From contig NC_042997.1 in the NCBI RefSeq assembly GCF_006345805.1, positions 101,060,001-101,124,000 on the forward strand: a stretch of 64,000 nt of DNA. Direction: 5' to 3'. Shown here in pieces: positions 1 to 14,120 of this stretch (position 1 is the stretch's first letter; each line of letters begins with the position of its first letter). Under the pieces are notes generated by a model. The model saw nothing but the letters and a program-made list of their open reading frames with translations. It searched no databases and was not told the DNA's origin. This stretch comes from Octopus sinensis (lineage: Eukaryota). The position numbers and the translations under genes are program-made.

Positions 1-39
1 TCATGGTGATCTCATATCAAGATAAACAGCGCATGACCT
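1..39 (-). mobile_element. Fragment of the ~557-bp (AAT)n-tailed element, 5'-truncated and cut by the window edge
   Basis: ATGGTGATCTCATATCAAGATAAACAGCGCATGACCT matches the interior of the copies at 9570-10110 and (reverse complement) 50454-51010. Confidence 0.8.
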
Positions 40-208
40 GTATGTATGTATGTATGTATGTATGTATGTATGTATGTATGTATGTATGTATGTATGTATG
101 CATGTATGTATGCATGTATGTATGTATGTATGCATGTATGTATGCATGTATGTATGTATGTATGTATGTATGTATGTATGTATGTATGTGTGTATGTATG
201 TATGTATG
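40..208. repeat. (TATG)n microsatellite with CATG interruptions
   Basis: Direct reading; source of the MYVC/HTYI pseudo-ORFs. Confidence 0.98.
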
Positions 209-518
209 CATTTCTGCATATCTTGTTATAAAAGAATGCATATCATTTCTTCAGTAGAAGAAAGAAATTTCAGGATCTGATTTGAATATTTTGAACCAGA
301 AGTTGATTTAACAACCAATGAGACGCCAAGGAAACCCATCCGTCAGTGACAAGCTGAGTGCATGGCCATAGTTTTGAACCACACCTAATAACAAAACACT
401 TAGTCAGATTGATGATGTCATCACACTTCATTTGGTAGCAGGCTAGAAACGCGTGGCTGGCACACACACATACACGACGGATTCATTCAGTTTCCTATAT
501 ATGCGCGCGCGCGTGTGT

Positions 519-525
519 GTAGAGA

Positions 526-592
<67 letters not shown>
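519..592. repeat. (GA)n microsatellite
   Basis: Direct reading. Confidence 0.95.
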
Positions 593-597
<5 letters not shown>

Positions 598-1177
598 TTG
601 GGGTACAAGAGAGAAAGAAAGAGTTATTTATGTACGTATGTAAATATGTATGTATGAATGGGTGTATGAGTGTATATGTTGATATTTTTGTGTCCTTATT
701 AGGCTTCCATAGTCCGCCAGTTCAGTTCTCGGAAAATTAACGGAGAAGGATGTGAAATGTGTATATGTTTGCATTGTGTTATTGCAAAAGTTGCATCTAT
801 TCCTGTTTGGAAATCCCTGATCGTTGTTTCACCAATTCATGCACGTGATAATGCTTGTTGAATTAGCAAATATAGTGATGTTTATATCCATTTATGTATC
901 GGTTACCGAATATAACTTAAGAATAATTTGTAGACTAAAATCAGAACGGAATATTCCCTGTTTCTGGATTAATATGAGAATAAAAACAAGTTTGTTGGTA
1001 TTGTTGTATTAGAGTCGGGTTCACCAATTATAACATATGATAGATGTTGGCGAGGAAGGTTTATGAAGATGAAGCTGAAGAAAATAATGGTATTTTCTTA
1101 AATCAACATATTCTAGTTATTTTATTATCAGAGAGCTGTTATAATGTCTGGGACAAAAGTTCAGTCAGGCGGTAGTT

Positions 1178-1340
1178 TTAGGCGCAGTAGTGGCTGTGTG
1201 GTTAAGAAATTAGCTTCGCAATCACGTGGTTTCGAGTTGAATCCCAAGGAACTTTACGAAAGTGTCCTCTATTATAGTCCAAGGGCGACCAATGCCAAGT
1301 GAGTGAATTTGGTTGACAGAAACTATGTGAACGTCTGTCC
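1178..1340 (+). mobile_element. tRNA-derived SINE (CORE-like family), diverged 5' part
   Basis: GGCGCAGTAGTGGCTGTGTGGTTAAGAA head with degenerate B box; homologous to the copies at 17870-18304, 36050-36445 and 52280-52450. Confidence 0.75.
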
Positions 1341-1584
1341 CATGTAAATATAAATAGTGTATTTATAGTGAATGTATAATGAAATGTGGACATTGACGAT
1401 TTGAAGTCTGTTCTCAGCATATTGGCATAGAAATAATTTTTATTTTTCCTTTGTTTATAAGTTGTTTATAATTTTAACCTTTAAAGTTATTTTAATAAGC
1501 TGCCACTTTTGATGACATTTCAACTAATCAATGACGTCTATTGAGGTGAAAACAATATCTGCCGAAGTCTGTCAACAACAATTT

Positions 1585-1905
1585 TTTGCGGTGTCATATG
1601 AAAATGCCCCAGCTATTTATGACATATTTCATATCAGTTACGTTCGTATAAATAAAAGATTATCGTTATTAAACTTTTATTAATAAACACATATTCTAAG
1701 TTCACAACATATGCAGTTTTAATTTCCCTCTCTGTTGCACACATTACATATTATATATTCGTTTAAGAAACAGATTGGGTTTATTTACATTTCTGAAGAA
1801 AAAAAGATACCCTTCCCCCACCCCTAAGCCTAACTCTAACCCTAACCCTAAAACAGATTGAAATGCAGTAGATCGATACTAGGGTCATAATTATGGGTGG
1901 ACACT
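1585..1905. mobile_element. MITE-like element with degenerate terminal inverted repeats and an internal (CCCTAA)n-like tract
   Basis: Left GCGGTGTCATATGAAAATGCCCCAGCTATTTATGAC resembles the reverse complement of right GTCATAATTATGGGTGGAC; CCTAAGCCTAACTCTAACCCTAACCCTAA at about 1823-1851. Confidence 0.5.
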
Positions 1906-2061
1906 AAAGAGGGAACGGTTTTGTTATCCAGCTCTGTTTACGAGTGACCCCTCAGTATACGAAGTTTAAAAGTGTTTAGTTACAAAGAAATTATTTTAAA
2001 AATCTGCCGGTCAACGCGAAAAGATCCGAAATTTTTTTCTGAAAAAAAAATTATCCCATGT

Positions 2062-2142
<81 letters not shown>

Positions 2143-2149
2143 ATCATGA

Positions 2150-2330
2150 GTGTGTGTGTGCTTTCCCCTCCACTTAACAACCCTTGAGGGTTTGTTTATG
2201 ACTCCATAACTGAGCAGTTCCGTCAAAATTATACTAGAGTCGATTTGCTCGACTAAAATCTTCAAGGCGGTGCCCCAACATGGTCGCATCCCTATGATTG
2301 AAACAAAATAAAAGAATAAAATAAAAGGCA
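2150..2330 (+). mobile_element. 3' tail of the CORE-like SINE family
   Basis: GTCGATTTGCTCGACTAAAATCTTCAAGGCGGTGCCCCAACATGG is shared (reverse complement) with 17880-17960 and 36060-36140. Confidence 0.7.
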
Positions 2331-2539
2331 TATTCTCTTTCATAAAGAGGCAAACAGAGAATATACCTTAAAAAAATATTTTGCCAGCCAAAAGATGTGA
2401 TTGTCATTAACAAATGTTGGTAGTTTTGTTAATTACCTGTTAAGCAAATTAATGATTGCTGTTATAAAATAACTAAATATGGTATCGTTGGCTAAACCAC
2501 GAATCTAAATCTAAACAGAAATGCTGCAGGATCGATTTC

Positions 2540-3000
2540 AAGGAGAGATTTGCTGCAAGAGTAAGTAGATGTTGGTTTTGGAGTATTTTAAGAATATGAA
2601 AAGAAAGGCTAGCCTTTGTGGTGCAGTCTCCGATTGTTGAGGTTGTGTATTTGCAAGGTGGCCCTCAGTTAAAGTGGGACCTATTATTTGTAGCGACCTT
2701 GAGAGTTTTAACGGTGCGCGTAAGGTCAATAGATGCAATTGTGTTTTCTTGATATATGAAGTTATTGACCCGTGTTGATGAAGGAGCGGATTGTCATGGC
2801 TTCATTCGAAATATCTTTTCATAGATTCGTTGCTGATTCTGCGTGGCATATGTAGATTACATGTGATGATGGTTAAGTGTAAAAAGTCAGGATTGTGGGA
2901 ATTATCAACCGTGTAGGAGTGGGGTGCTGTAGGAGGCGACAGCAAGTGGTTCATGGATGTATGAAAAGAAATGTGCGGCGACAAAACTTAACCCTTTGGT
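2540..3000 (-). mobile_element. Heavily decayed Penelope-like retroelement remnant (tentative)
   Basis: Minus-strand KGLSFV and FHILKIL, weakly resembling the Penelope KGLxF and FYxLPKIHK motifs. Confidence 0.3.
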
Positions 3001-4302
3001 AAAGATAGTGACTAGCTTTGGAGTTCGCTTTTTTGAGGGTAATTGAAAGAATACCAACGATAATGTAGCGTTGATAGTTTGCAATGGAGAGGCAAAATGT
3101 AGATTTATATAGAATGAAATTTAAACAGACACATTACTGTTTGCACATACTGGTACATATGCACAAAAGTAGGACTGTGAATAAGCATCAAGGCTTGTAA
3201 AAGTAGAAGAAATATACAAGTAGGAGAGAGAAAAGGAATAAATTTGGAAATGAGACTGCTCGTTGGTACCAGCAGGGGATTACGTTCAGGGTAAATAAGT
3301 ATTTGTTGCTTCTCTTCACAGGTGTTGATATATGAAACGACACAGGCTATAAAGGGATACAACAGATCGAAAGGTGGTCCCTAAACTGTCCTGGTAAACT
3401 AAAATATTTTTTTTATGTATTTGAAAAGTAATATTAATGGCTTTTAAGTTTATTCGTATGAGATATAGAATGTTAATAAAAGAAATAAATGTGGTGCATT
3501 AGAAATAAAATCCTGTTGCTGATGTTTATTACTCATTTGATTCCAGAATAATTCCTCGCAACTCAAATGATAAATGAATTTTATTTCTAAATATAAAAAT
3601 TTCTCAATGGCTGGTACATAGTTCTGAATATAATGTTTTCATATGCTTCTATGAAACTGATACTGATTTGAATCAAGGATGATTTTTGCTTCCGATATAC
3701 AGAGGAGTGACAGAAACAGTATAATCCTGTGCTTATATGAATAGCAGTATTTAGTTACAACTCCTTACGTTATGAGTTCAAAGCCGGTCAGATGGGCATT
3801 GCTCTTCAACTTCCCGATAGATATTATGTTATATTACGTTTCATCCTCCGTAAATATATGGCCTTGGGCCAATAAATGAAATTATTTTTGTGCGTTAATA
3901 ATTTTGCAGATAAAAGAACATTCTGAGAAGTATGAATTCAAATTATTTTGTCGTTTACTTCTCTGCCTCTGCTTTATTCTTTTTACCGTCGTATTCTTAG
4001 TTTTGTTGGTTTCTACACTGTTTAGTAGTTTCAACTCTAAGAAATATAATTAAGATACAAAATAAAAGTAGACATGGAAAATTTCATGCTGATTATGTAA
4101 GTGTGGCCTTCTATTGCTTTCATAGTTTCAAGATGTCAGACATCTGTACCCATGCTATCAGATTTTGTTCATTTCCTTCCCACAAAAGTCATCAAAATCT
4201 ACAACTCTACTTGCTTGAGTATAAAGGGTAAAGACAAAATTTTACAGTCCATCGAGGAGCATACCATTCTTTATGCCGGGAGATAACTGGTCACAATATT
4301 AA

Positions 4303-6638
<2,336 letters not shown>

Positions 6639-8404
6639 TTAATATGCAATAACAATGAAAAACAAGTCTAGGTAAATATTTCTTCATTATTCGTTAATTA
6701 GGTATGTAACAGATGGTGCATTTATATTGTGGTTTTAATGAATTAATTAGCTTTGATTTAGAGATTTTGTGGTCAAAGATCTGTGGGCTAATTCAGAATT
6801 CTAAATTAGCCCTTGAACAGATCAGGTCATTCAGCCTGTTGCTATGTTGTTTCCACAGATAGAACAAGGATCTGATACTTTTCCCGTTGGGATGCTTGTG
6901 CATTGAGATGAAATTATCAGTATTCAAATCAGAAATCATGACATTACATGGAAGGACTACTGGACCAACCGGTCAGCCTTGGCAGATCTTTAATCGTTGG
7001 TTAGAGAGAAGAGAAAGGACTCACAGAAACAGTAAGACGAAGAAAATTTCAATTCTTTTGCGGTCTGACTGGGTCACATGGAGATACCATCATATTTGGA
7101 AAAACAGGATTTGAAAGGAGAAGAGGGCGACCAAAAAGAGATTGACTTAATGATACTGGGATGTGGACTGGTATGAAGACTCCAGAATAAAAGTTTGGAA
7201 CGCAGAGGAATGGAAAAGACTGGGGGAAAAATCTAGTATCTGAATAACAGTAGAAGTGCTTGGGGAACAACTTGAGTTATATGAATGTAGCTTGGAGATT
7301 GAAGTTGATCTCAGTTCATCAATTATTTTCTTCTTCAGTGTAATTTAGGTTCTTCTGAATATTTAATATTGGGGATTTGCAAGAATATGTCTTTATTCAA
7401 TTTGAAAAGTGTGTAGAGGAGAATGTACATCTGTTGAAATGCTGTAGTTGTATGGATATTTTCACGGTATTTTCTATAGGCCTCATCATCATTTTAGATT
7501 TTAGTTCTTTTTAGAGTTGATTGTTCTTTGATTTACTATAGTAGCTTGTTTATTTCTTGTATGAGAGATTCTGTAGTATTTTCATAGCTTTTAGTGCGCA
7601 TTTACTGTATGTGTGGCCGTCTATCTTGTATAACTTTCTTATTTTGTAGAGTCATGTTTTTGTAATTACTGGGTTCCACTGCAATACTTTCACTGGTTTG
7701 TTGTAGGTCGTCTTCCTATGTGCATCGGTTTTAATTTATTTTCAGTGTTTTCTTTCTATGATATGTACTCTTTCAATCTTTTTTTATCCTGTCTGTCACA
7801 TTTGAAAATGTGTTCACTGTTTTGCAGCAATCATGTACGTTGGGTATAGTGCTAATATATAAAAGAAATGTAATAATCCGATGTTGTTTCCATTTGAACA
7901 AGGTGAATACCAGAAGTCATCTACACAAGAGTGCATAGATACCCCACAATATCTGAAACTCAGAGTTCTAACAATGCACAACACGAGGCTAATGGAACTG
8001 CAGGAGAATCTAAAACCGGACCATAATATAATGTGTCGATTCGGGTGGAAATAAAGAACGGACATTAAAAAATTAAAGTGAAGGACTCTTGATAAAAATC
8101 TGGAGCATCCGTCTATCAATAGCTAATAGACAACTGCCTTGGAAAACATACAAGATTTTTCGGTTCGTCCAAAATCAGGAACGTTTATGTCTTATTTCGG
8201 AAGATCCAAGAGAAAGAAAGCCAATCATTTGAATCCTTCCAGCAGGATGCAATCAGAAAAGAATAAGAAGTACCGGGGCAGATTCGTGGGTGTTTCGATC
8301 CTCATTAGGTGGCGTTTTATCACCTCTTGCTGGGTGAAAAATATTGACTGAGAAACCCTCGAAGTATTTGTATTCGTCCTATTTAATTTCATTTCATTAC
8401 TCCT

Positions 8405-8530
8405 GTCTGAGTGTTGGCTCTCGATTATGCAGTCGTGGGATCGATGCCTAGACCAGTTCACCTTGTAACCTTGAGCATGGGTCTTCATTTCACGTTTGTC
8501 CATTTTACTCAACTGAAAATGAGTAACAGC
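8405..8530 (+). mobile_element. Degenerate tRNA-derived SINE remnant
   Basis: GTGGGATCGATGCC B-box-like motif followed by CCTTGAGCA...TTTCACGTT...ACTCAACTGAAAATGAGTA. Confidence 0.5.
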
Positions 8531-8606
8531 TTATTGGTGGTGGAGCACTCTATCCCTCTAGCTACCGTATCCTAGATGTTTCGGCAGGCCAAGTGGTGGA
8601 AGGGTT

Positions 8607-8607
8607 G

Positions 8608-8638
<31 letters not shown>

Positions 8639-8685
8639 CGCCTGTATGTGTGTATGTGTGTGTGTGTGTGCGTGCTTGTGTATAT

Positions 8686-8738
<53 letters not shown>

Positions 8739-8785
8739 CGCCTGTATGTGTGTATGTGTGTGTGTGTGTGCGTGCTTGTGTATAT

Positions 8786-8828
<43 letters not shown>
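8607..8828. repeat. Compound (TG)n/(CG)n microsatellite with a 100-bp tandem duplication
   Basis: The unit starting CGCGCGCGCGCCTGTATG begins at both 8631 and 8731. Confidence 0.95.
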
Positions 8829-9515
8829 CACGCTTACATAGTCATCTTAGATTAACGAAAATATGATATATGCTACCAGGTCGTACAGGTTTGTGAGTGA
8901 CGGTTATGGGTTTAAACATAAATATACATAGATATATACTTCTAACATATAGACACACATAAGTGTATATACGAATGTGGATATTACTGAACGCATATTA
9001 GTATGTGTATTTATAAATATAACATTTAACATATGTAAATTGCATCAATCACAGTGTCAGTGAGTGCAAAATTCTTTTCACACAAAACCGGCATGAAAAC
9101 CTTGAGTTGACAATTCATCTGTGTGTCTACTCATGGTACATTTGATACCACGAGTTACTTTTCTGTTGATTAGGTTTTGTATTTTCCCATTTACACATGC
9201 CATTGAGTAACGTATCATTTAGTTATTTATAGGGACTACCAATACATAGACAAGTGAAAATGTTCTCAATTTGGTACATAGTTTAGTTATTTTACTGTGT
9301 CTAAACTAGATTCCTTAAGATTTGTGGGCGGATGATTTCGCTTGTTTGTTAATTTTTTAACCTGTTTTTCATGTATGGCCTTTTTGCTTCAGTCCTCCTT
9401 TATTCTAAATGCATTTTACCACATATTTTGTAATCTCTATATGACATATTTTGCATCATGAACTAGGGAGTTTGTGGCCAATAAAGAATTAGTTGCAGTA
9501 TTAATGACAATAAGG

Positions 9516-9569
<54 letters not shown>

Positions 9570-10110
9570 GAGTGAGAGAGCAGCGCATGTCATCAAAGTG
9601 ACATTGCTGTAAAATACACGAAGCCCAGTATACCCATCATGACTGCACGTCTGATAAGGTTACACCAGGCACATGTATCATAACCATATGTGCGCGACAT
9701 AGTGATCTCATATCAAGATAAATAGTGCATGACCTTGCCCAGTTAAAAATTTCTTCAAGTCGAGTAGCCCATCCCGCTCAAAATGGTCCCTGAATAAAGT
9801 TTGTTTTAAGGATGATGAAGAATCATCCATGGTTCTGGAGGTGAATTATTCAAACTCCAAATAATTCCTCTCAGCACATGGCTATGATATTCCCCCTCTA
9901 TTTCTGCTAGTGATCAGAGATGCAAATAACATCAGCCACTAAAGGAATACTCAACTGGTTATAGTCAAGCAAATGACAAGAAAATCTGTGGTATTGAGCA
10001 GAATATTTGTTGTAGCCTATCTTTTATACCATAACAAAATATTCATAACACTTCCAATCAGTTAAGATCAAAAGTCATGAGAGCCACTGCCTGGTACTGC
10101 ATCACGGCAT
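9570..10110 (-). mobile_element. ~550-bp non-coding (AAT)n-tailed interspersed element, unclassified
   Basis: Reverse-complement homolog of 50454-51010; (ATT)n tail at about 9517-9569; (TAC)n tract beyond its 5' end. Confidence 0.9.
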
Positions 10111-10118
10111 ACTATTTT

Positions 10119-10188
<70 letters not shown>

Positions 10189-10199
10189 GTTATTATTAT

Positions 10200-13100
10200 A
10201 GATTTGACTTTTGTTTTGCATTTGTACAAGTTGATTCCAAGTCTCGCCCAGAGACCTCATAAGACAAGTTAGAAGTTCAAGCTGGTGTTATGATGGATGC
10301 CATATATTTAGCTTGGCACAACGTATTGTTCTAGAGAAGGTCTAAGAAAACATAAGAAAATAAGTTTGTTTTAAAATTTGAGATTACATATACAGATTAT
10401 ATAGATAGCATTTTACGTAGGATATGGGCAGTTCCCAGGAGCACTATTTAAAAAAAAAATTCTTCCATTTTAGGATTTCCTGGTTTCCTGAGGTAGGTAG
10501 CAACCAGCCCCTTTTGTATCATTCATAAGGCACCTATGACAACAGGTATTGAATTAGTTTTGAGGTTCCACATTTCGATGGTTTCATTTTGTTGTTTACA
10601 TACACGACATGTTGGGCTACTACCGTTCTTTAATATGTTGGCCTGGTAGCTCCTTGTAGGATAGACATTGATCTTGGGTTGCTATACCGACCAGTTAATA
10701 ATATTGAAACTGTAAGTCACGAACGGTATGGCTCTTCTGTTTCTGATTTTAAGCCAGAAGACACTAACAACTGATGGGTAAGGGCTTTGTCCACATCGGC
10801 ATTATTAGCTCTCGCTGGGTATTTGGCACTGAGAGGTTTTTCTTGCCATTTATCAGTAAGAATATTTAAGGCAGCGGTTTTAGCACGGCTTTTCATACGC
10901 TTAGCTTTTTCTGTGCTTGTTTCCAGTATGTCGTCTATTTCTGGGATTTGTTGTATTTGGAACTAATTTAGATATTTCTTTTCCTGTTTTCTTACGAAGT
11001 ATGATGTTTTCTAGTTTTCATGCTTTTAGACAAGTTTTAACATCCAGTCATCAGAGTTTTTCAGTTAGGTGTTTAAGCCAATTGTAGCAATCGTCATTAT
11101 TGATTCCAGTTGTAAGTGTCCACGGCCACTTTATTTTGGTAGGTAAAGTCGTTCTCTATCGCTACTTTAGAGTGGTGCATTTTATGCATTGTCAACAATT
11201 TTCGTATTTTTCTGTCAAGATTACATATTTCAGTAATCGACCAGTTAATAATATTGAAACTGTAAGTCACGAACGGTATGGCTAAAGTATTGATCGCTTA
11301 GATCTTGTTTCTTGCATTCAGCTCTGTCTTGAGTATTGCCCTTACTCTGCGATAACATTCGTTTCTGATCTTTTCTCTCATCACTAAATGTTTCTGATCT
11401 TTTCTCCCATCACCTTCAAAGATCTCTATGTATTTGTAGCTATACGCTGGCTCTCTCTCCTTTATGACATTCTGTTGGTCAAGATTAACGTTGGATGTTT
11501 CTGTAATTTTTCTTCTGATAAAGGTAGCTTTTACATATTTATCGATGTCAAAGTCCACCCTGACGTCATCATTGAACTGTTTAATAATTGATAGTAAGCC
11601 CCCTTGTTGTTGGTAATCTTTTTGCAGAGTTTTAAATAATCCATGTAAAAGCGATGATTTATATTTTCATCAAAAATGTTATAGCCATATTGTACATCAT
11701 CGAGCAATTTCGAGAGAAGTATTAAAGCTAGACAAAAGAGGAGCGGCGATAGACAGTCACACTAGAAAATGCCACATGAAATTCTTACATCTCCCGCATT
11801 ATGAGATTCATTGTCACTGTTCAAAGTCAGTGTGGTTCTCCATGATTTCATACTTACAGATAAAGAGTTTCGCAGTGTAGGCGCTATTGTATAAATTTTC
11901 AGATATTTCGTAGTCCAGCTATGTAGTAGACTATCAAAAGCATTTTTATAGTCTATTCAGGCTATTGACAAGTTCTTGTGTTGTTTGTGACAATCTTCCA
12001 AGATCACCTTATTCATGAGTAGCTGATCTTTACAACCATAGGACCCACGTTTACATCCTTTTTGCTCATTAGAGAATATGCCCCTTTTTATTAAAAAGAA
12101 AACTATAGGTATATTCAGTCCAGACAGATGTTAGTATTTTATACATGGTTGTTAAGCAGGTTATAGGTCTATAATTTTTTGGTTCATTTGTTTCTTCATT
12201 TTTTAGAAGTAGAGGTGTAGTACCATTAACTAACCAAGAGGGAATCTATGTCAGACCTAAGTAATTGAATATGGTGTTAAATACACTCTAGCCAAATAGG
12301 CTTTTTGTGGGAATGTTGTTGTTTTCTAATCTCTTCACCACATAGAATCGTTGAAATCTTCGCGTATGCATAGCACAGGTGACTGAGATCTGCAATATAA
12401 ACATCATTAGCTGAAATTATATCCTTAAGTGCAAGGCGGATTTTACCAATTACTTTCAGGTGTTGGTTAGAGTTGCGAATTTGTGAGAGAGTGTCACATT
12501 CATTCATACTGGTTTCTTTAATTTTCAACCATTCAACCATGATTTGATTTTTTAGATCATCTGCTTCAGTTAGATCAATTTCTGTGTGACTTTTTTCATC
12601 TATTTGATTTTCATCTGCCTTAGTGGTTCATAGAGAGTATTTCCCTTTATTTATCGGTTACATTGACTCTTTCTATTATTACTGCAGTTTCATCAGACCT
12701 GGGTTGGTCTGTAATTATTTCCTCAGTAGTATATTCTTTAGCTCTAACTTTCTTCCTTTTATCTCTTACTGATTGTTTAATTTGGTCAGTCTCTAATTCA
12801 GTTATTAATTTCTTTTTTATAATGTTTCGTCTGACGTTGGCAAGTCTATGTAGGGTCTTACTTCAAGGTGTTTCTCTCTCCAGTTTAGGTTGGTTTGTTC
12901 AGTATTAGATATATTTATGAGGAAATACATGACACGATAGAAGGCTTTAAGAAATTCTCTATTATCTCCCCTTGAATAGTTTTCAAATTTTACTTTTGGT
13001 TATTTGATGACGAGCGTGGATGGCTATTTGCTGGAATATTCCAGCAGTGGTGGTACTTCCAACTCCTGTGTTTCGGGAAGATTTGAGCCAGTAGCTGACT

Positions 13101-13450
13101 TTTCGTATCCAGTCTGGTTCCTCAAGGGGGTACACCGCTCTTGTTGATACGGATGACAGAAGATCCGGTGTGAATGTTGCTTTGTTATCTGTGAGGCATG
13201 ACAAGCTTGGACGTTGACATTAGGGGTCGGATCTGTCTGTTTAGCGTTAACTTTTTGAGACAAAACCGCCCCCGAGTTCTCTGAAGGAGAACATTGCTCG
13301 TAACCTAGCTTCTTAAGGCTAACAGATCTGTATTCGTCCGTATTTTTTGTTGTTGACAGATTTATGTCCAAGCATAGTTTCTTTGTGGTGTTTTTAAACT
13401 CATGAATTGCTCACTCTGTATTAGTTCAAAGAAAATTGTTTTGTTATTGT
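10200..13450 (-). mobile_element. R4/Dong-clade non-LTR retrotransposon, decayed and near full length
   Basis: RT motifs (QKGCKRGSYGCKDQL, IDYKKCFDS, LSPLLFC, FYMDYLKL), ILKTELNARNKI..AINTLAIP, partial zinc knuckle PTCRVCK, terminal PVVIGAL..GTAHILRKMLSI; the 3' UTR ends in an AAT/TAG microsatellite. Confidence 0.9.
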
Positions 13451-13705
13451 TTTGCATCGTTTGTGACACGTGTTTTCATATACGTGTATGTGTGTCCAGT
13501 AAGTTTTATGTAGTTGTGTAAACATTGGGGTGTATGTATGGTCCTATGGGTATTGAAATGTATATATGATTGTATAGACATTCAAGTGTATGCGGAATTA
13601 ATTTATGTACTTACTGTTTTGTTCCACTTATATTTTATAATTTGTAAATTTTCCGATGTCGATTTCGCACGTGCCTTTCGAAGATCATTGTTGTTTTTGT
13701 GGTTG

Positions 13706-13759
<54 letters not shown>

Positions 13760-13760
<1 letters not shown>

Positions 13761-14120
13761 GGCACGCTGGACGAAATGCTTAGCGGTATTTCGTCTGCCG
13801 TTACGTTCTGAGTTCAAATTCCGCCAAGGTCGACTTTGCCTTTCATCCTTTCGGGGTTGATTAAATAAGTACCAGTTACGCACTGGGGTCGATGTAATCG
13901 CCTTAATCTGTTTGTTTGTCTTTGTTTGTCCTCTCTGTGTTTAGCCCCTTGTGGGTAGTAAAGAAATAGCTATTTTGTCCATCTTTACTTTCTGAGTTCA
14001 AATTTCCGCCGAGATCGACTTTCCCTTTCATCCTTTCGGGGTTGATAAAATAAGTAGCAGTTAAGCGCTGGTGTTGATCTGATCGACTTAGTTCCTTCCC
14101 CTATAAAATTGCTGCCGTTG
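13760..14120 (+). mobile_element. Two tandem tRNA-derived SINEs (Nin/Ceph-domain-like family)
   Basis: GTTCAAATTCC B box; GCCTTTCATCCTTTCGGGGTTGATTAAATAAGTACCAG central domain; tail CCCCTTGTGGGTAGTAAAGAAATAG; preceded by (ATT)n. Confidence 0.9.

Noticed and set aside
1-280. ORFs made of MYVC, HTYI, CVCV, YLSI, poly-I/L/N/Y runs here and across the window
   Set aside because: They are translations of microsatellites with no coding evidence
280-500. Promoter-like segment with CCAAT and CpG dinucleotides
   Set aside because: A single motif with no identifiable downstream exon; cannot be supported from sequence alone
1823-1851. Telomere-like (CCCTAA)n
   Set aside because: Only about four degenerate units, inside a MITE-like element
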